From contig OZ244717.1 in assembly GCA_965218975.1 (NCBI GenBank), forward strand, positions 128,001-192,000: a stretch of 64,000 nt of DNA. The letters are read 5' to 3'. Shown here one piece after another: positions 57,583 to 64,000 of the stretch. Within the stretch, counting starts at the first letter, position 1. Each line of letters starts with the position of its first letter. A program made the translations under genes and the position numbers. The DNA is from Candidatus Oxydemutatoraceae bacterium (lineage in GTDB: Bacteria > Pseudomonadota > Gammaproteobacteria > Poriferisulfidales > Oxydemutatoraceae). A model generated the notes under the pieces. It was not told where the DNA came from. It saw only the letters and a program-made list of their open reading frames with translations, and searched no databases.

Positions 57583-57820
57583 TGAGCATTCACCAACAAA
57601 CTACAAAACGGCTTCATAACCGGTCATTGAATGCTTCCGTATCGGCGAATAGCAGGTTTTCTGCATGATCGATACAATCTTCTTGAACGGTGCGGTTGAA
57701 GCGCTCGATGTGCGCGTTCATTTTTGGACACTTGGGATAGGTCAGCCACTGCTCAATCGCGGGTGATTCCCGGATGAGCCGGGCAAACCTGTCCTTGAAA
57801 CTCACTACCACCATCTGTCA

Positions 57821-58044
57821 GGGTGAGACGCGCTCGGAAAACCGATCGGTTTTCAGCGGCGAACGACCCGACAAGGACCGTCAGGGCTGGCGCTTATTCG
57901 CAGAACCAAGTCTCGTCACGGACGAGCAGGGTGAGACGCGCCCGGAAAACCGAACGGTTTTCAGCGGCGAACGACCCGACAAGGATGTCGGGGCTGACGC
58001 TCATTGACAGAACCAAGTCTCGTCATGGACGACAGGCACTTTGC
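57821..58044 (+). repeat. Hairpin repeat dimer (108 bp period)
   Basis: GGGTGAG at 57821 and 57929. Confidence 0.92.
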
Positions 58045-58426
58045 CGGGTTGCGGCCAGACCCGCCGACGCCTCTTGCGCAGCGCTTTGCTGCGGTCATGC
58101 AAGGCGCTGAGCCCAGTGCGGCAATAACGTCGGCGCCAGCGGTACAAAGTGCTGCGACCGACCTTAAATGCGTTTAGGGTTACAATCCTCCCAAAATAAC
58201 AGGGCATCGTGTTTCTGTTGAGCCGTTGTGTTCATGAGCCTCTATTTTTGAAGCAAAATTGGCTCATATAGAAACCTTTGATGCGGTGGTGGCCGATGTG
58301 CTGATATTGCATATCGGTCACCTTTTCGAGTTAAGCCGTGAGTCCCATATGTATCTGGTACTATACATTGATCAAAACTTCGATAATAAAAAAAGCATTG
58401 GGACATCAAGTGATTAAAGCGTTTCT

Positions 58427-58948
58427 ATGAAAAACCTATCGCGTATTTTCCTGATCGGAGCAATGGGCTGCGGTAAAACTACCGTAGGACAGGCGCTTGC
58501 CAAGCAATTGGGATGGGAATTTATTGACATTGACCGCGTGTGCGAAGCGCATACCGGAAAGAGTATTACGCAAATATTTGCAGATGAGGGAGAAAAAGCT
58601 TTCCGAAAATATGAAGCCGCTCAAATCGCCGAGCGAAGCAGCGGTAATAAAATTGTTCTTGCAACCGGCGGCGGTGCGATATTGATGCCGGAAAATCGCT
58701 ATCATCTACAAACACGCGGCAACGTGATCTTCTTGGATGCCAGCATTGAAACACAGGCTGCTCATATAAAAAACGACAATAGCCGACCATTGCTCGCCAA
58801 CAGCAATCCATATGAGACATTACAGAGACTCTATTGTGAGAGAAAACCTTTGTATCAAAAAATTGCCGATTTTAAAGTGAGTGTTGATCATCAATTACCC
58901 ATACAGATCGCTGATAAAATACTCAGTTTATTACGGCTTGGAACATGA
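58427..58948 (+). CDS. aroK: Shikimate kinase
   Basis: IGAMGCGKTTVG, GEKAFR..E, LATGGG, RPLL. Confidence 0.95.
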   Translation: MKNLSRIFLIGAMGCGKTTVGQALAKQLGWEFIDIDRVCEAHTGKSITQIFADEGEKAFRKYEAAQIAERSSGNKIVLATGGGAILMPENRYHLQTRGNVIFLDASIETQAAHIKNDNSRPLLANSNPYETLQRLYCERKPLYQKIADFKVSVDHQLPIQIADKILSLLRLGT

Positions 58949-60042
58949 TCGACTCATCAATAAAATTGTTAAATTTCGATAGCGGTGACAGCCGCTATCC
59001 GATTTATATCGGGCACGGGTTACTCAAGGAACCTTCTTACTTTGAAGAAATACTACATAATCGCCGCTGCGCCATTGTAACGGATAAACAAGTCGCGTCT
59101 CTATACCTAGCTCAAATCAAGAAAACGCTACCTGTTAAAAACTCGGTTGAAATTGTCCTGCCCGCGGGAGAAACCAGCAAGACGTTTGCGTCTGTTGAAA
59201 ATATTTGCGGCAAACTTCTGCAGAGTAGCATTGATCGCAGTGGTATGTTGATTGCATTGGGCGGCGGTGTGGTAGGTGACATCACCGGGTTTGCCGCTGC
59301 CTGTTATCAACGAGGCGTTGATTTTATTCAACTTCCGACAACCCTGTTGGCACAGGTAGACGCTTCGGTCGGAGGGAAAACCGGGGTGAATCACGTTTTA
59401 GGGAAAAATATGATCGGCGCGTTTCATCAGCCGCGCGCAGTTATAATTGACTTGGAGACACTGAACACATTACCCGCGCGACAGATCGCCGCAGGCACCG
59501 CTGAAATTATTAAATACGGTCTTATTATCGATGCTGGCTTTTTTTCTTGGTTGGAAAAAAACATTACCGAAATTCAACAACTGAAAACACAACCACTCGG
59601 CGAAGCGATTTATCGCTCTTGCGAAATCAAAGCTGAAATCGTCGTACAAGATCAATATGAAAAAACCGGACTGCGAATGTTGCTCAACCTCGGGCATACT
59701 TTCGGACATGCCATTGAAACCGGTTTGGGACATGGTAGTTGGCTGCACGGCGAAGCAGTCGGTTGCGGTATGGCGCTAGCAGCGCAGTTTTCAGAACGAC
59801 GTAATCTCATATCAGCCGACGATACTACTCGTATTATGGCATTGATCCGAAAAGCAAGATTGCCGATTAAATTGCCGGGAAACCTAAATGCACTTGAATT
59901 GACCAAGCTAATGCAACGCGATAAAAAAAATCTGGGCGGCAAGCAACATCTTATTCTATTGAAAAAAATAGGCGAAGCATTTGTTGACAAGCAGGTTCCT
60001 GTCACTGAAATTGAGAGTTTTTTAAGTACTTTGCGCACATAA
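58945..60042 (+). CDS. aroB: 3-dehydroquinate synthase
   Basis: GGGVVGD, PTTLLAQVDASVGGKT, LNLGHTFGHAIE, HGEAV. Confidence 0.97.
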   Translation: MIDSSIKLLNFDSGDSRYPIYIGHGLLKEPSYFEEILHNRRCAIVTDKQVASLYLAQIKKTLPVKNSVEIVLPAGETSKTFASVENICGKLLQSSIDRSGMLIALGGGVVGDITGFAAACYQRGVDFIQLPTTLLAQVDASVGGKTGVNHVLGKNMIGAFHQPRAVIIDLETLNTLPARQIAAGTAEIIKYGLIIDAGFFSWLEKNITEIQQLKTQPLGEAIYRSCEIKAEIVVQDQYEKTGLRMLLNLGHTFGHAIETGLGHGSWLHGEAVGCGMALAAQFSERRNLISADDTTRIMALIRKARLPIKLPGNLNALELTKLMQRDKKNLGGKQHLILLKKIGEAFVDKQVPVTEIESFLSTLRT

Positions 60043-60170
60043 ATATCCATATCATTTTCTTCGATGTACCTCGTGAAAAACACATCCTAATTGAAGAATA
60101 CCCACAGCAAGAAGCATCGGTGATCCGTTATGCGCATGGTATAATGGGCGTTTATTATAAACCGTATCTA

Positions 60171-63100
60171 ATGAACCAAGCGCCTCATACAAAACTATAT
60201 TCGCCAAAATTTGAAAAAGACAGTTGTGGCTTCGGTCTGATCGCGCAGATGGACGATCAACCCAGCCATGAGTTATTGGAAACAGCAATTCAATCGTTAG
60301 CACGGCTGACTCACCGAGGCGCAATTGATGCCGATGGCAAAACCGGCGACGGATGCGGACTATTGCTGAAGATGCCAAAGGCATATATGCAAACCAAAGC
60401 GGTTGAAGCCGGCATCAAATTGGGCGACCTATTTGCAGTCGGCGCAATATTTCTTAGCCGCGACGAAGCCGCCGCCGCACGCGAGCGGCAAATGCTTGAA
60501 GAAGCGTTGCGCGGCGAACAGCTTGATCCCGCCGGTTGGCGTACTGTTCCGATAAACCTCGAGGTATGCGGTCAAGTCGCATTGGATACTTTACCTAGAA
60601 TTGAGCAAATTTTTGTCAACACCAACGAAACCGATCCGGAAACATTTGAGCGGAAATTATTTATCGCTTCACGTCGAACAGCCTGTATGATCACTTCCGA
60701 TACCAGCACATTTTACATTGCAAGCTTGTCATCTCGCGTTATTTCCTACAAAGGTTTGGTGATGCCGGGAAACCTGCCGATTTTCTACAGGGATTTGAAC
60801 GACAAACTTTTGGCAACTTCAATTTGTGTGTTTCACCAGCGATTTTCCACCAATACATGGCCGCAATGGCGACTTGCACAACCATTTCATTTTCTTGCGC
60901 ACAATGGAGAAATCAACACGATCCAGGGCAACCGTAACTGGGCACGGGCACGCATTTGTAATCTGAAAAGTTCTCTATTGCCTAATCTTACCGAATTTGG
61001 TTCGATTGTCTGCGAAGATGGTTCCGACTCAAGCAGTCTTGATAATATGTTGGAAGTTTTACTTGCCGGAGGGTTGGACATTTTTCATGCCGTACGTTTG
61101 TTAATTCCTCCGGCATGGCAAAACATCAGCCACTTTGACACCGACTTACGCGCATTTTATGAATACAATGCATTACACATGGAACCCTGGGACGGCCCCG
61201 CTGGCATTGTGATGACCGACGGACGTTATGCCGCTTGTGTAATGGACCGCAATGGTTTAAGGCCTGCACGCTATGCGATCACTAAAGATCGCCATATTAT
61301 ACTTGCATCGGAAATCGGAGTGCATGATTACCGTTCGGAAGAAATAGAAACCAAAGGACGTTTGCAGCCCGGAGAAATGATCGCAGTTGATATTGCCACC
61401 GGCAAATTGCTGTTGTCGGAGGATATTAATCATCAGCTCAAACAACGTAAACCTTACCGTGATTGGCTAAATAAAAACTTACTGCGCCTATCTTCATCCG
61501 CCGAAAATAATCAACTGATTAAAAATCCGATGCCAAATGAAGACATGATGACTTATGAAAAAATGTTCGGGGTATCTTCTGAAGAAAAAGAACAGGTTAT
61601 TCGCGTATTAGCGGAAGTAGGGCAAGAAGGTGTCGGCTCAATGGGTGATGATACCCCCTTACCGGTACTTTCAACGCAAACACGTTCGGTGTTTGATAAT
61701 TTCCGCCAGCTATTTGCCCAAGTAACTAACCCGCCCATAGATCCGTTACGTGAACAAATCGTCATGTCGCTTGAAACTTCACTAGGTCCCGAATTGAACC
61801 CTTTTGCGGATATGTGCGACTGTCGGCACATTGTGATTGATTCGCCGGTTTTGTCCGAACAAAAGCTTTCCATGCTGACAGATAGCACTAAAAGCGGCTA
61901 CTTGAGCCGGGTATTTGATTTGAATATTCCGTCGGAAACAAGAATTGAAGACGGCATTCGGACTTTGTGCGACGAAATTACCGTTTCTGTTCGCAACGAG
62001 AACATTACTTTCATCATATTATCGGACTATAAAATTGCGCGAGGGAAAATACCTATACCCGCCCTATTAGCTTGCGGCGCAGCACATCAACAGCTTATTC
62101 GCGAAGGACTGCGCTGCCGAGTCAATATCATTGTCGAAACTGCTACCGCTCGCGATCCTCATCATTTTGCGACTCTAATCGGTCATGGTGCAACTGCGAT
62201 TTTCCCCTATCTCTCATACCATCTATTAGAGAACATGCACCGCACACAAAGTGTCAAAAATGATATCGCTCCGGACACTTTAGCCATTAACTATCGACAA
62301 AGTATAAACAAAGGTTTATATAAAATTATGTCGAAGATGGGTATTTCAACCATCTCAAGCTACCGCAGCGCCGCATTGTTTGAGATTGTCGGATTACATG
62401 ACGAGGTAGTGTCGCTTTGTTTCCCCGATACAAGCAATCGAATACAAGGCGCTAAGTTTGAGGATTTGCGTGAAGATCAGTTGCGTTTAGCATGGCAAGC
62501 TTGGAATAAACAGACATCCATTCAACAAGGCGGTCTTCTGAAATACATTCATAACGGCGAATACCATGCTTATAATCCCGATGTTGTTCAAAGCCTACAT
62601 AGGGCGGTTAAGAGCGGCAGCTACGAAGATTATAAAGTATTCGCCGATCACGTTAATCACCGCCAGCCAATGGTATTGCGTGACCTACTAAATCTTAAAG
62701 ATACAAACCGATCAATTTCGTTGGATGCAGTCGAGCCTATTGAAAACATACTGCCACGATTCAATTCCGCAGGCATGTCGCTTGGCGCTTTATCACCCGA
62801 TGCACATGAGGTATTGGCACAAGCGATGAACATCATCGGAGCACGCTCCAATTCCGGCGAGGGCGGCGAAGATTCGGCACGCTACAACACCGACAAGTCA
62901 TCAAAAATTAAACAAGTCGCATCCGGCAGATTTGGTGTTACCCCTCATTATTTAATGAATGCCGAAGTTTTACAAATTAAAATTGCGCAAGGAGCAAAGC
63001 CGGGAGAAGGCGGACAACTACCTGGCCATAAAGTCGACAAAATGATCGCCAAACTACGTTACGCAAAAGAAGGAGTCGCATTAATCTCACCGCCCCCTCA

Positions 63101-64000
63101 TCATGACATTTATTCGATCGAAGACCTTGCGCAACTAATTTTTGACTTAAAGCAAGTTAATCCAAACGCGCTGGTTTCAGTTAAATTAGTTGCCGAAGCG
63201 GGCGTCGGCACGATTGCGGCAGGCGTCGCTAAAGCGTATGCGGACTTGATTACCATTTCAGGCTATGACGGCGGCACCGGTGCAAGTCCGTTAACCAGCA
63301 TCAAATATGCCGGCTCTCCATGGGAAATTGGTCTGACAGAAACACATAAGACGCTACGAGCGAATAATCTCCGCGACAAAGTTCGTTTGCAAACCGACGG
63401 CGGCTTAAAAACCGGTTTGGATGTAATCAAAGCTGCGCTGCTAGGTGCCGAGAGCTTTGGATTTGGCACCGCACCGATGATTGCAATGGGATGTAAGTAT
63501 CTACGTATATGTCATTTGAATAACTGTGCGACCGGGATCGCAACCCAGAATCATGAATTACGTATGCGTCATTTCATCGGTAAAGCCGACATGGTTGTCA
63601 ATTATTTTAAGTTTGTCGCAACTGAAATTAGGGAATGGATGGCATATCTCGGGGTATGCCGGTTTGAAGATTTAATCGGGCATACCGAACTACTAGAGAT
63701 TAACCAGGGAAAAACTGCTCGGCAACAAAACTTAGACCTTTCACCATTATTGTCTCAAGGCGATATTCCCGAAGGAAGACCGCATTTTTGCAATCAACCG
63801 AAAAATAAACCATTTGACCAAGCAATTCTTGCCGGAAGAATGATTGCCGACATCTCGGATAACATTACGCGAAAAATTTCCGGGGAATTTTATTACCAAA
63901 TACACAACACCGACCGCTCAATCGGGGCACGTATTTCAGGCGAGATTGCAAAACGTTACGGCAACCGGGGAATGCACGATAAACCATTACATATTCATTT
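60171..64000 (+). CDS. gltB: Glutamate synthase large subunit (partial, runs off the window; absent from the ORF track)
   Basis: ATG at 60171 reads MNQAPHTKLYSPKFEKDSCGFG..HRGA.DADGKTGDGCG; later HQRFSTNT, AHNGEIN, EPWDGPA, QIKIAQGAKPGEGGQLPG. Confidence 0.96.
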   Translation, partial: MNQAPHTKLYSPKFEKDSCGFGLIAQMDDQPSHELLETAIQSLARLTHRGAIDADGKTGDGCGLLLKMPKAYMQTKAVEAGIKLGDLFAVGAIFLSRDEAAAARERQMLEEALRGEQLDPAGWRTVPINLEVCGQVALDTLPRIEQIFVNTNETDPETFERKLFIASRRTACMITSDTSTFYIASLSSRVISYKGLVMPGNLPIFYRDLNDKLLATSICVFHQRFSTNTWPQWRLAQPFHFLAHNGEINTIQGNRNWARARICNLKSSLLPNLTEFGSIVCEDGSDSSSLDNMLEVLLAGGLDIFHAVRLLIPPAWQNISHFDTDLRAFYEYNALHMEPWDGPAGIVMTDGRYAACVMDRNGLRPARYAITKDRHIILASEIGVHDYRSEEIETKGRLQPGEMIAVDIATGKLLLSEDINHQLKQRKPYRDWLNKNLLRLSSSAENNQLIKNPMPNEDMMTYEKMFGVSSEEKEQVIRVLAEVGQEGVGSMGDDTPLPVLSTQTRSVFDNFRQLFAQVTNPPIDPLREQIVMSLETSLGPELNPFADMCDCRHIVIDSPVLSEQKLSMLTDSTKSGYLSRVFDLNIPSETRIEDGIRTLCDEITVSVRNENITFIILSDYKIARGKIPIPALLACGAAHQQLIREGLRCRVNIIVETATARDPHHFATLIGHGATAIFPYLSYHLLENMHRTQSVKNDIAPDTLAINYRQSINKGLYKIMSKMGISTISSYRSAALFEIVGLHDEVVSLCFPDTSNRIQGAKFEDLREDQLRLAWQAWNKQTSIQQGGLLKYIHNGEYHAYNPDVVQSLHRAVKSGSYEDYKVFADHVNHRQPMVLRDLLNLKDTNRSISLDAVEPIENILPRFNSAGMSLGALSPDAHEVLAQAMNIIGARSNSGEGGEDSARYNTDKSSKIKQVASGRFGVTPHYLMNAEVLQIKIAQGAKPGEGGQLPGHKVDKMIAKLRYAKEGVALISPPPHHDIYSIEDLAQLIFDLKQVNPNALVSVKLVAEAGVGTIAAGVAKAYADLITISGYDGGTGASPLTSIKYAGSPWEIGLTETHKTLRANNLRDKVRLQTDGGLKTGLDVIKAALLGAESFGFGTAPMIAMGCKYLRICHLNNCATGIATQNHELRMRHFIGKADMVVNYFKFVATEIREWMAYLGVCRFEDLIGHTELLEINQGKTARQQNLDLSPLLSQGDIPEGRPHFCNQPKNKPFDQAILAGRMIADISDNITRKISGEFYYQIHNTDRSIGARISGEIAKRYGNRGMHDKPLHIH

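Larger units (their letters stand above)
57253..58367 (-). mobile_element. Degenerate IS481-like element (copy B) with four hairpin repeats and an integrase-core fragment
   Basis: TGTA...TACA ends; HTH fragment AFKVGRSTLYRW; YPKCPKMNAHIERFNRTVQE at 57614-57814. Confidence 0.78.

Noticed and set aside
60052-63469. Short ORFs in the last 4 kb
   Set aside because: They are shadows of gltB, which the track omitted because it has no stop inside the window.

Overview
This is a chromosomal window of a moderate-GC gammaproteobacterium. The housekeeping backbone is priA, hemH, rpmE, hemW-rdgB-rph, degQ, moaCD, mutY, tRNA-Phe, cysQ, metXW, rpsU, gltD-hemE, mrcA, aroKB and gltB (which runs off the end). 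Three accessory zones interrupt it. (1) A ~23 kb anti-phage defence island (7.85-30.9 kb) holds a Dsr1-like SIR2 protein, three MNT-HEPN pairs (two are duplicates), DUF4238, a Type ISP restriction-modification enzyme, HNH and HEXXH proteins, and a frameshifted SF1 helicase-Vsr-like nuclease. It is threaded with IS481-like ends and with an unrecognised ~100-115 bp multi-hairpin repeat (16 near-full and 2 half copies in the window). The repeat forms tandem arrays of 152, 98 and 107/108 bp period, and two arrays sit in foldback (inverted) arrangement around a cargo. (2) A four-copy mosaic array of Kdo/WaaP-like kinase genes lies next to tRNA-Phe. (3) An Och1-like GT32 gene and a duplicated GT2-Anp1/Mnn9 fusion gene lie downstream of mrcA, resembling the yeast mannan pathway. 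An IS481/repeat scar sits where pilMNOPQ normally lies between mrcA and aroK. All family calls come from motif recognition by eye; no database searches were run.
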